NCBI GenBank assembly: GCA_034780895.1
Contig: JAUZTB010000107.1
Coordinates: 92,467,482 to 92,531,481, forward strand
Source: Rhynchobatus australiae
Taxonomy: Eukaryota
DNA: 64,000 nucleotides
Direction of reading: 5' to 3'
Shown here: positions 25,951 through 37,435 of the stretch, one piece after another
Numbering within the stretch: the stretch's first letter is position 1
Layout: every line of letters starts with the position of its first letter
Position numbers and translations under genes: made by a program
Notes under the pieces: model-generated
Database searches by the model: none
Told to the model about the DNA's origin: nothing
What the model saw: only the letters and a program-made list of their open reading frames with translations

Positions 25951-26499
25951 GCTGAACTGAACTTTGAGAATTATTCCTGGACTTGGAGTTTGGGAATTTG
26001 CCACACATACACTTTGAGTTTAGTTTTGGGGTTAATGTTTAATATCTAATATTTTTACTTTTCTTATTATCATAAATAGTTATTAATAAGATAGTTTCTA
26101 ACNNNNNNNNNNNNNNNNNNNNNNNNNNNNNNNNNNNNNNNNNNNNNNNNNNNNNNNNNNNNNNNNNNNNNNNNNNNNNNNNNNNNNNNNNNNNNNNNNN
26201 NNCAGAGAAGGTGCAGAAAAGATACAGAAGAAGCTTGACATTATCTTTGACAGATTGCCTGTAATTCCGGTATTTTTTCATGTAAACAAAAACAAAGTCT
26301 GCTTATGATACTCAAGCCAAAATTGACTCCAAAGAGGTGATATCAGGAGCCCCATCTGGTGGAAACCATTTGAGAGCAGGATGTTGATAATATGATGTTC
26401 ATGTATATGTAGGTGTCTCCCATCTGTGTTGTAACAGCCCATGAAATGGTGTTGTTTGTTACCTCCAGGCTTAACTATACCAACAAATTTCTAACCATC

Positions 26500-26950
26500 C
26501 TCTCTCATTTTGCTGTCTATGAACTTGAAATCATCTCATCTTTGAATATAATGACTCAGTCTGCACAGAACCCTGGTTAGAGAATCCCTTATGTCATGAC
26601 TCTCCGAAAGAAGAAATTCCTCTTCATATTGATCTTAAGAGGACATTTTTTATCCACAGACTCTATCAAGCTCCTTCAAGATCTTAATATGTTTCAAGGA
26701 GATCGCTTTCTAAACTCCAAAGAGTACAAGCCCAGTGTGCCTAATCTTGATTCATTAGGTGACACCTTCCCACCTAAAATCAATTTTGTGAATCTTCTCT
26801 TTATGGTCTTTAAGAGAAGCATATCCTTTTTTAAATAAGGGGACCAAAACCTTGCAGAGTTATCCAGGTGTGGTCTCACCAACGTACTGTAAAGTTGCAA
26901 CAAAAGATCCTTACTTTTATACTGCATTCCTCTTGCAATAAAGACAAAAA
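26500..26950 (-). mobile_element. CR1 LINE RT C-terminal fragment
   Basis: ORF 26694-26999: IARGMQYKSKDLLLQLYSTLVRPHLDNSARFWSPYLKKD...RRFTKLI...RLGTLGLYSLEFR, typical of CR1 ORF2. Confidence 0.9.
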
Positions 26951-27039
26951 CAGTTAAATTGTTTTCAATGAAAAAGGAAGCTAAAATTAGTGCAACCAAG
27001 TGTACAATTTTCAGCTATGTATGATGACATTGCTGTGAC

Positions 27040-27110
27040 CAGCCAGAGTGGAAATGATTGGGTAGCTCCCCTGTCAATCATTGCTGTATGTGACAGATTA
27101 ATTTTATATG
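27040..27110. promoter_or_regulatory. TALE (Pbx-Meis/Prep) motif cluster
   Basis: CTGTCAATCA (TGATTGACAG on minus) 27071-27080; TGACAG 27091-27096; TGATTGG 27055-27061. Confidence 0.45.
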
Positions 27111-27851
27111 TATAATTTATGTAACTGTCTTTTCATTGTCTTTTTCTGTATAAGTGGCTCTGCTCTTATTTGGAAAATTTATTGTGATTTCTATTTTCTT
27201 CCTCCCTTTTCTAAAAAAAAACAATTTGGTGAATATTGGCTTTCTTTGGTCCACCACAGACTGTTTGCTGTGAAGCACATGCCCCACCCACATCCAACTC
27301 ATTGGCTGATTCAGAGTACCTATTCACAACACTGCAAGCTTTTAGTTAGGCTGAGGCGAGATGACAAGAAATATTTATTTTCACACACTGCCAGGACATA
27401 TGGAATTGCTAAGATCCTATGAAAAAAAAATTGGACCATTTCCTAAGAGAAGGTGGTATTCCTGCATAGAGGGAGATCAGCTGGTAATAAATTTAGATTG
27501 CAATGGTCCATGGGCAACTGCAGGCACCTGGAGGTTGCTGTTTCCTCCAGAAGCCAGAGAGGAAATTATGAGAGAGTTCCTGAAACAGTTTTAGATTTGT
27601 CTTTTGCCATTCTCAGAAGATAGTCTTGCCAGTGTGCAAGGTTAGTTTTGACTGGCTCACTGCATTTAATCTTTTGTGGTGTTGTGTTTGAATAAAAACA
27701 TGGAATTTGTTTCTTGTTTCTTATTTCTTGGGTAATTCTTAAAGAAGGAAGGAAAACTTCTTAAAAATAATCCTTAAATAGCAACAGGGAGCAAGTAAAA
27801 CAGGCATCAATGCAGCTGAGAGGAAAATTGCTGAGTGACAAAGAATGTAAT

Positions 27852-28628
27852 GGGTAGAAATTTGTCTTTAGTGAGTGTGTTAAATGGGTGCTCAGGACTG
27901 CCTGTTATGCATCCCTCCAGATACTGACATCAATAGAACTGAATAGGTTGAATCGTGCTGGCTGTGGCCAGCAGTTCTGGCATTCAGCCATTCAAACTGA
28001 AGTATGTCCCAGACTTAGACACTTGCCCTGTTAGTCTCGGTCTTGTTGACAGATTTGGAAGGCTGGGAAATTGCTGGGGAGTTGCCTCTTGGATCCCACG
28101 CCAGATCAGAGCTGGCCTGGGATCAGAAACCCCATTGATTTCAGTAGGGATTCTAATCCTGCAGGTTAGAAGGCAAAGGAAGAGTACATTCAATTTGAAT
28201 TATTGTTGTGGTTTTTACTTACCTGGTTATTTATTATTTAACTTTTATTAACTTTTGCGCTTTTAATTAACTTCACTTTTTGCTTAAATTTTAAATAATT
28301 TTTTCTTTAATTATGTACAATTGTATTAGCTTTTAATTGTCTCTGAATATTAGAAATTTTAAAAATGTGTACAAGTTAGCAACAGATTTGACAAAGCTCC
28401 CCCTGCAGCTTTACCTTTTGCTGAGGGTACTTCAGAGCAGAGTTTCCACCCAGTGCTGGCCACACCCAGACCCCACCTCCAGACTCCAGGGTGCAGAGGG
28501 CCACTAAGTCAGTCCCTCCACCACCAGCCAGGTTAACTTGGGTGGATGCAGTCCAGCTCAATCTGGCTCAGTATTGGCAATGGAGTATAATGTGTTTACA
28601 GCTGTGGGCCAAAGGTAAATTTCTAAAG
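27852..28628. mobile_element. Decayed non-autonomous TIR DNA element
   Basis: tagaaatttgtcttt (27855-27869) and aaaggtaaatttcta (28611-28625) form a 13/15 inverted match; a similar terminus lies at 36190-36206. Confidence 0.5.
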
Positions 28629-28881
28629 TCTTTTCATTTTACTAATCATTCAAAATACTCACAGCAGCCAAACTTTAAAGAAATATCCACGATGAATTAT
28701 TGTTGTTTTTGAACCATGGCAAGGATTGCACCCGATTTTAAATTTGAAGTACAATTAAAATACAAGTTGTGAATTTAAACATTTAATTGCAATGTGAAAG
28801 GAAAAGTTTTTGAAGGGTAATGAAAGGGAATGGCAGTTGTTATGCACTATACATGGAACTAGGTAGCTTATGGGGGTCATT

Positions 28882-28883
<2 letters not shown>

Positions 28884-28920
<37 letters not shown>
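28884..28920. repeat. (CA)n microsatellite
   Basis: Directly visible. Confidence 0.95.
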
Positions 28921-28922
<2 letters not shown>

Positions 28923-30309
28923 TCAAGACCTGCACTGAAGAAGTGAGGTGAAATGCAAAGGATGAGGGGGCATCATGAAATTGAATATTTATGTGAAGGA
29001 CATTTGTATGGTTCTGCAGTTATTACAATGGGAAAACAGCTGGAACAGCTAACCTGAACTCTAGATACCATTGAGATGCCCTTGATCTACACACCCTCTG
29101 CATTCCATGTTATTCATGAGAAAGATCTAAAGCACTCATTCATAAAGTGAAAATCAATGTTATGTGGACCATGTTCACAACAGTACTGACAAAACAAATT
29201 TAGTCTGCAAACAAAAGATATTTCACTCTGGTGGAGGCATGTCATGCAAATCTATGGAGAGGATAAACTACTTCATAGTTGGATGTAAGCATCACCTTGA
29301 AAAGAACATGCTACAATTAATGAGGTCATACAGTTAAGGTTTGAAAGGATAGGGTTCACAATCTTTATGTTCATTGAATTTGACTAATAATTAACTTTTG
29401 GCAAACTGCAGCAGTGTGTGACGAGGCTCTGGATTTTGCAAAAGCATAAAGCATAAAGCATCAGGGCTTAAATTTTAGACTTTGGAGACTAGGACACAAC
29501 GAGAAAAGAACTTTTCAAATCTTTTATTGTAACACACTAGGAAATATAAGAGTCTGACTTGTTACTTGAGTGTTTAAGATAATAAGTAGTTGCACTGGAT
29601 TACAAACAGGTATGTCAATCTCTGAACATAAATGTTGTCTAAAATGTAATGCTCTGTTTGCCACCATGTAATTTACTGCTTTGACCAATGGGACATCACT
29701 GGTATCCTTCCTTGGTTGGTAGTGAAGCAGGTCGAACGTGCTTTTTGAAACTCTGGCACATTTGGAGATCTCATGCATCCCAGAGTGAATTATTTTCCAT
29801 GGATCAGCATGAACTTCGTTTAGTCATTAAAAATGAAACACAAATCAATCTGATCTTCTTTTACTTAATTTGAGCATTGTGGATCTGGGGCAACCAGTGG
29901 GTACAATGGGCTTGACCTTCTGTGAAAGTAAGGACGAGGCTAATAACAGAAATTTTATTGTTACATCAAGTGAGTGCATATCCATGGTTAAGCATGACAA
30001 TCTCGGAGGAGCTATTTTCTACTCCTCCATAAACTGCTCAAGAATATCATCTCACCATTTGAATCTCCATTCTACTGGATTGAATGACACCAAGTTCTGA
30101 AAATGACATGTAGGCACGGAGTAAACCTGCTGCAGAAGGTAGGGTTTGTCCATTCCAGTTTAAGTACATTTTTAGCAGAGCCACTCATCTTAATTACTAC
30201 CATATGACCTTTCTGTCACTGAAAGGTAAAATTTGCAAATGTGGAGTCTCATTCCATCAGGTTTACATATTATGACACAAAGGATACCATTTGCCCGCTT
30301 TCAGCGGAA

Positions 30310-31185
30310 CAATCTCATCTCTCCTATTCCACCACACCCCCTCATTTCCCTATACTCCTTCAACTTACTCCCTCTCCCTTTCTTGATTCTATTGCTACTT
30401 ACCTACATTAAGGGGTAATTTACAGTAGCTAAGTATTGGTATTGGTTTATTATTGTCACTTGTACTGAGGAGGTAAGTGAAAAACTTGTCTTGTATACCG
30501 ATCGTACAGGTCAATTCATTACACAGTGCAGTTACATTGAGTTAGTACAAATTGCATTGAGGTAGTACAGATTAAAACAATAACAGTACAGAGTAAAGTG
30601 TCACAGCTACAGAGAAAGTGCAGTGCAGGTAGTCAATAAGCTGCAAGGTCACAACAAGGTAGATCGTGATGTCAGAGTCCATCTCATCTTATAAGGGAAC
30701 CATTCAATAGTCTTATCACAGTGGGATAGAAGCAGTCCTTAAGTCTGGTGGAATGTGCCCTCAGGCTCCTGTATCTTCTACCTGATGGGAGAGGAGAGAA
30801 GAGAGAATGACCCGGGTGGGTGGGGACTTTGATTATGCTGGCTGCTTCACCAAAGAAGCGAGAGGTATAGACAGAGTCCAAGGAGGGGAAGCTGGTTTCC
30901 ATGACGTGCTGGTCTGTGTCCACAATGCTCTGCAGTTTCTTGAGGTCCTGGGCAGAGCAGTTGCTGTACCAAGCCACGATGCATCCAGATAGGATGCTTT
31001 CTATTGTGCATCGATAAAAGTTTGAGAGTGTCAAATTACCTATTTGTATGCATTTGTATGAGGAAATCAAGATTCCAGTAGAACTCCATGCAGTAACACA
31101 GAGAATGTATAACCACTACACAGGTAGCATCTGGTCAATATTAAACTTGGGTCCACAAAGCTGTGAGGACTAACTTTTGCATCAT
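30310..31185 (-). mobile_element. Old HE1/V-SINE-like element split by a Rex1 insertion (halves 30310-30432 and 31033-31185)
   Basis: ggggtaatttacagtagctaa on the left continues as aattacct...gaggaaatc...gagaatgtataaccactacacaggtagc on the right; reverse complement of the SINE at 63013. Confidence 0.6.
30433..31032 (-). mobile_element. 5'-truncated Rex1/Babar LINE (RT C-terminus, 3'UTR, (CCAATA)n tail)
   Basis: ORF 30684-31070: NFYRCTIESILSGCIVAWY...PTHPGHSLFSPLPSGRRYRSLRAHSTRLKDCFYPTVIRLLN, diagnostic of Rex1. Confidence 0.92.
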
Positions 31186-31383
31186 CTTGACAGCTACATT
31201 TGATTATTAACAGAAATTCTTCAGAAAAAGTTCTTTGCTTTATTTTTTCTTTCAGCCTCTTTCATGTCTCCCTCTCTCTCTCTNNNNNNNNNNNNNNNNN
31301 NNNNNNNNNNNNNNNNNNNNNNNNNNNNNNNNNNNNNNNNNNNNNNNNNNNNNNNNNNNNNNNNNNNNNNNNNNNNNNNNNNN

Positions 31384-31606
31384 CAGAGAGTGGTTGGTGC
31401 ATGGAATGCGCTGCCTGGGGTGGTGGTGGAGGCAGATACGTTGGACAGGTTCAAGAGATTATTGGATAGACATATGGAGGAATGTGGGATAGAGGGATAT
31501 GCAGGAGGAAAGGGTTAGATGGTGTGAGGTGTGGTTTGATGGTGGCACAACGTGGTGGGCCGAAGGGCCTGTACTGTGCTGTATTGTTCTATGGTTCTAT
31601 GGTTCT
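31384..31606 (+). mobile_element. Young CR1 LINE 3' end with (GTTCTATG)n tail
   Basis: QRVVGAWNALPGVVVEADTLDRFKRLLDRHM, then gtgggccgaagggcctgtactgtgctgta and ttctatggttctatggttct. Confidence 0.92.
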
Positions 31607-33374
31607 CACTTGTTTCCACGTTTCTTGCTTCCTTTCATGTTCTGCAACTTCTTCAGAGTATAATCGTGAATTTTATCGGGGAGTCTAAACTGAAATATAT
31701 TACTGCTAATTCAAAGATAACATAAATTAATTTTTTGGAGATTTTTCAAAAGAAAAACACCATTCCTTTTTTCAGCTAATAAATAGGGAATACTCATGAA
31801 AAGCCAGATCTAGGAGCTGCTTCACCAGCCAACTCTTTCATGTGTAGTTGAGTAGTTGCTTCTCACTACAAGGTTCCTGGCTCTCTAGAAATTGCACTTT
31901 ACTCACCAATGTAGATGGCTGACATTTCATTTCCCAGATTGCATACAACTTCCTTTTGTAAAGAATTATTGGAAGCATTTCTCAGTAAGTAGTTTACTGG
32001 AAAAAAACTGTTATACCCTGGAGTAGAAGCTATCTGATCTAGTTATTATCCTGTATTTACAACAAAGGGAACTGTATAGATCAAAGATTTTATTCAATCT
32101 AAAGGCATGGAAATTACTTACTCAACTTTGGTAGAGATAATTTACCTCAAATAAATAAATACATTGATCAGTTCAGTTAAAATATCTATACATTACATTA
32201 AAACACAATTGACACCACAGTTACAATTATATAGNNNNNNNNNNAATTGACCAAATATACGTTATAGTTTAACTTAAATTTAGAAACACAGAGCTGCAGG
32301 AAGACTTGCAGAGGGACATCTGACTTTGAAGCATCTCTTTTTATTGAAGTTTTTTTAGGTTGGAGGTGGAATTTGAGTGAGTGGTTGGCACAGAGATACA
32401 ACAATTCTGGTCATTCACCAAAATCTCTCCTTTGTCCTCTGGTTACGAAAGAAATATCAAACAGCACAACCATTTTTGTATGTCCCAACTGCCACTGCAT
32501 CCTTTTGTGTTATCAGTTCCATGACTTTGTGGGTGCAATTTTTTCCCATTGCAATATGGTGCAGATTGGGATTCTCTCAGCTACAGCTCCCACTATGTCT
32601 AATTAGCTGAGTGTCAAAATAATAATTAAAAGATTACATTCTATCATATTGCCTTGTTTCAATGAGTAATAAAAACAAAAGCAAACAAAGCTCATGCAGG
32701 TAAAGTGATTAGACTGAAAGGAGATTTTGGACATATCCTACTGCAACTAACAGTGTCTAGTCTCACCCATAAAGAGCCATTGGTGGAATCATACAAAGTA
32801 TTCCTGGGCATGACTATTGGCTTTCAAGAGAGAGCAGAATGAAATGAAAAAAAATATTTTGTCGCAGCTTATGGTGACATTTATTGAGGTCTGTGTTTGA
32901 AAACAACATGATTTTAATGCTAAAATAACATAACAGTGCTTTCATAAATGAGGTCAAACACAAGACTGAAATGGTGTAAAGTGGCTGAAGCCAATATTGT
33001 GATGAAATTGCTGATGACCTTTGCTGAAACTTACCTTCATGAAAGTTGAGATGACATTATGAAACATGAGCAAACTGTGTGGAGGAAGATTTTCACAGAG
33101 GCATATCAGAAACAATAAGGAGGTATTCACTGATTATGGCCAATAAAATAGAACAATGTTAATGACCAGAGAAAGCTCAGTTAAACATTTTGGTTAAGAA
33201 TTTACATTCAACATTTTCTACAGCAAGTGGAGACATATGGTGACATATTTGTTATTACTAACACATGATTGCAAACACCTGCTTCTACCATCTGCAAATG
33301 GTAGAGGAATGTTAATCCTCAGCATATAGCTTAAATTATTAACATTGCACTTGTGATGACAGATCATTTATTTG

Positions 33375-33450
33375 AAAGACTAACTGTGTTTCCCTCCCTA
33401 CAGATGCTGCTTGACCAACTGAGTATTTCCAGCACTTTCTGATTTACTTT
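33375..33450 (+). mobile_element. Penelope-like terminal repeat fragment
   Basis: acagatgctgcttgaccaactgagtatttccagcactttctg; related copies at 37370-37435 and 62690-62812 (minus). Confidence 0.55.
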
Positions 33451-34057
33451 CTGTGGAGACAAATATCAGATGTCAAGAAGGAAGGTGTGAAATCTTACAT
33501 AAAAGCAAATTTTACAGGGATCTGGTTACAGTATGGATTTGTAAACTGGTGAAGAAGTCAAATGTTATCACGTTACAACTGCAAGCAAAGTAAACCAACA
33601 ATGCTGTCCAGTGTTCTGGATTATTCAGCCATGTGACACTTCGGTAGAAGGAGCTGGAATTGTGTTTGGCTTTCTTCTCCACAACCTGTTTTCAAGTCCA
33701 GCAAGACTGTGGGAATAAAGTCTTCTCCCTCTTGTCATTCAGGCATCTTACGAGCATGAAGTTTCGTAAAATGTCAACCCTGGTCTTCTGTTAAGTGGGT
33801 GCATTGCACAAGCTGTTCTTGATTTGATTTTGAATTGCATTTTATTCACAGATTATAAGGAAGTTTGGGAAAGAGAAACATCATATTTGAAGGTGATCTT
33901 CCAAGGCTTGAGTTAAGTATGTTTTGGGAGCAGATTATTGAAAGCTTTACTCTGCAGATTCAATCCAATACAATATATCTGCTTGGTTCCAAATCTTGGT
34001 TCAGATCGGAATAATCTTCTGACTGAGGTAACTTTATCATGGTGGGCAATTTATATT

Positions 34058-34811
34058 TCAGAATCAGAATCAGGTTAATTATCACTGACATTTGTTGTGA
34101 AAATTGTCGTTTTGNNNNNNNNNNNNNNNNNNNNNNNNNNNNNNNNNNNNNNNNNNNNNNNNNNNNNNNNNNNNNNNNNNNNNNNNNNNNNNNNNNNNNN
34201 NNNNNNNNNNNNNNNNNNNNNNNNNNNNNNNNNNNNNNNNNNNNNNNNNNNNNNNNNNNNNNNNNNNNNNNNNNNNNNNNNNNNNNNNNNNNNNNNNNNN
34301 NNNNNNNNNNNNNNNNNNNNNNNNNNNNNNNNNNNNNNNNNNNNNNNNNNNNNNNNNNNNNNNNNNNNNNNNNNNNNNNNNNNNNNNNNNNNNNNNNNNN
34401 NNNNNNNNNNNNNNNNNNNNNNNNNNNNNNNNNNNNNNNNNNNNNNNNNNNNNNNNNNNNNNNNNNNNNNNNNNNNNNNNNNNNNNNNNNNNNNNNNNNN
34501 NNNNNNNNNNNNNNNNNNNNNNNNNNNNNNNNNNNNNNNNNNNNNNNNNNNNNNNNNNNNNNNNNNNNNNNNNNNNNNNNNNNNNNNNNNNNNNNNNNNN
34601 NNNNNNNNNNNNNNNNNNNNNNNNNNNNNNNNNNNNNNNNNNNNNNNNNNNNNNNNNNNAACACTACCTCGTTATTCCTCTTTTACACTATTTATTTATT
34701 TTTGTAACTTATAGTAATTTTTATGTATTTACATCTCGCACTGTACTGCTGCCATAAAACAACAAATTTCATGACATATGTCAGTGTTAATAAACCTGAT
34801 TCTGATTCTGA
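34058..34811. mobile_element. Two inverted Rex1-type 3' ends with (TCTGAT)n tails flanking an N-gap
   Basis: 34058-34114 is approximately the reverse complement of 34755-34811. Confidence 0.7.
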
Positions 34812-36464
34812 GGAAATATGGACTTGAGTGCATTGATTTTTATTTTGTTTAACACAAAGGGTAGGAATGCATCCTTCATTGATTGTGCTAAGTAGTGAGT
34901 ATGTGTTCAAATCCACTTCTGAATTTTGGTCTGTTAATGACAAAAACTGGATTTCTGAAGCAGAATGAAATCCTTGTGTGCTACTTTTTCACATGGTTGG
35001 CAAGTAACCAGGAAAGAATTTTTTACCCCTATGTATTAAATCTAACTTCAATTGGATTAATTGCAGCATGCTATAACTTTACAAATGAAACTATTGCCCC
35101 TTTGGATCATTGAAGTAAATCTGTTATGTTCAGATGGTTTTGGATCTGTTACATTTCCAGAGATTTCTGAACAGAGTGGGAACAACAGGAATGATTCAAT
35201 TTCTGAGCAATCATGAATGGGAAATTTATCATTTATTATTGTTTCTTTTGGATAGAATCATGAAGAAAATATCCACAGCACTCAGGCAGATCTTATAGTG
35301 AGAATGTTAGGTTCAACTTTTTTCAGACATGCCAAATGCTTGGCAGCAGCATATAAAAGGTCCCCTCCTCTCCTGCTTTCACCTGTTCCATATAGTCATA
35401 GAGTGGTAGACGTGATGCAGCAGCAATCAGTCACTGCCTTGGGGACAGTTCTGTCTAAGACAGAAGTCAAGATGAACCCAGACTAGTTCACCCAGAACTT
35501 CCCAGAACCCCTTGCAATTTAAAAAAAATATTGGAAACTCCAATATGGAGTTCCATTTATGGAGACAGGCAGCTCACAATATGCAGTAGTGAGCATTGAA
35601 GAACCCTCTGCCCCTGTCATCCAGTGAGAACCTTTTACACTTGAGAGTTTCATAGAATGTACCCTCAGTAATTGTCATGGTTCTGAGTACTGGCCCTTGA
35701 TTTGGCTCCTTACATGCCTTGTTATACAGCACATGGATTCCATGCTGAACTGATTGTATAATGACACACACCTGAGCCCCATCAGGGGCCTAGCATAAGT
35801 ANNNNNNNNNNNNNNNNNNNNNNNNNNNNNNNNNNNNNNNNNNNNNNNNNNNNNNNNNNNNNNNNNNNNNNNNNNNNNNNNNNNNNNNNNNNNNNNNNNN
35901 NCCTACTCAGATCTCTGAGGCAAGATTTCTTCCAGCTGCTGGTGGTGTTTGGTCCTGAGGAAGTATCCTGACTCCAGTGTGCTGCATTTGGGTTCTCTGT
36001 GAGCTTGCTCTTGCTCAACATTGTGATAGTAATTGCTCTTCAGTGGATAGAATGCTTATTAGATGATTACTTCTATCTAACATTGATGTGCTACCTGAGC
36101 CTACTACAGCTCATGAAAACTTTTTATATCCCACACTATTTTAGATCTCCATTGAAGTCAATGAAATTGAATGTTTAGTTCTGATGTCCAAAGATGAATT
36201 TCTACCTATTATTGCTTTGGAATGTTTGACTATTTTAAGGTGCTTTTTAAGTGCATGTTCTGCAATATGGGTAACATTGGCAAGAGGCTATTAGTTGCCC
36301 TAGGTGTGCTAATAATTAAGTTAACCATGTAGTGTGAGGCTGGTAGGAGAGACAGGTGTTTTTTTTTCCCCCACAGGTCTCTTTCCCCAGAGGAACTACT
36401 GGGTTTTTAATGGCGATCAGCCAATTCTCATGAGTGAAGAAGTCATGCCCCAAGTCTTTGGTGA

Positions 36465-36700
36465 GACCACAGCTAGAATACAATGTAGAGTTTTGCTCCC
36501 TTTATCTGAGAAGGGATGTATTTGGCTGAGAGGTAGTGTGGGAAGAAAGGTTGTGTTTTGAAGGATATTGAGCAGGATGGATCTGTGCTCACTGGAGCTT
36601 AGAAGAACGAGAGGTGATCTCAATGAAAGATGTAGGATTCCAAGAGAGATTAACAGGGCTGATGTTGTGAAGCTTTCTTCTCTAGATGGGCCCCTTACCT
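36465..36700 (+). mobile_element. Decayed CR1 fragment
   Basis: RPQLEYNVEF and SLELRRTRGDL motifs. Confidence 0.7.
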
Positions 36701-36999
36701 CAGAATAAGAACTTGACTGATTATGACTAATGAGGAAATATTTCAGAGTTAGGGTTAGAACCTCCTGCCAAGACCACGTGGGTAGAAACAGGTTTTCTCT
36801 GGACAAATCTTGAAACAGGGAAAAATGAAACAGTGACGGGGATATCTTGCACCTGTTTTGCCTACATCATTTCAACAGCTTAAATGACCTTGGGATATCA
36901 ATGAAAAAGTGCAAAACTGAAGTGGTAAATTGCAGTATTGCTTTGCAGAACACTTCTGTCCCGATTGCAAGGGTGATTGTGAACTTCTAATCACCCCTT

Positions 37000-37435
37000 A
37001 CTTTAATTCTCCATCCCTCTCCATTTTGATCCATGTCTGACTTCCTACACTGTTCCAGTGATGCCTAGCTCAAGCTCAAAAAAAAAGTACCTCCCCTTTG
37101 GCCTGCACATGTTTTAGGACTGGAGACTTAATATGGAATTCAACAATTTCAGGTAATAGCTTTTTCTTCTCTTCATATATGTTGCTGGATATTTTAATTT
37201 CAATGTGTTCTCTTCTCTTTCTTACACCTGTTTTTAAAGTAATAACTACCTTGACAAGTTTAGTTTGCATCCCATCACAAATATCCCTTCTGTCCTCCCT
37301 TATTCTACAATTTAAAATCCATTTGTTTTCTCACTTTGAGTTCTGATGGAAGGTTCTCAATCTGAAACACTGACAGTTTCTCCCTCTGTGGATGCTGTCT
37401 GGCCTAATGACTGCTTCTGCATTTTCTGTTTTTAT
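37000..37435 (+). mobile_element. Penelope-like element 3' end
   Basis: LNMEFNNFR* near 37125-37156 resembles the GIY-YIG C-terminus and is followed by the terminal repeat also seen at 33375. Confidence 0.55.

Noticed and set aside
30558-30575. let-7 miRNA gene (TGAGGTAGTA)
   Set aside because: Only 10 nt match, there is no precursor hairpin, and it lies in a LINE UTR; treated as a target site instead.
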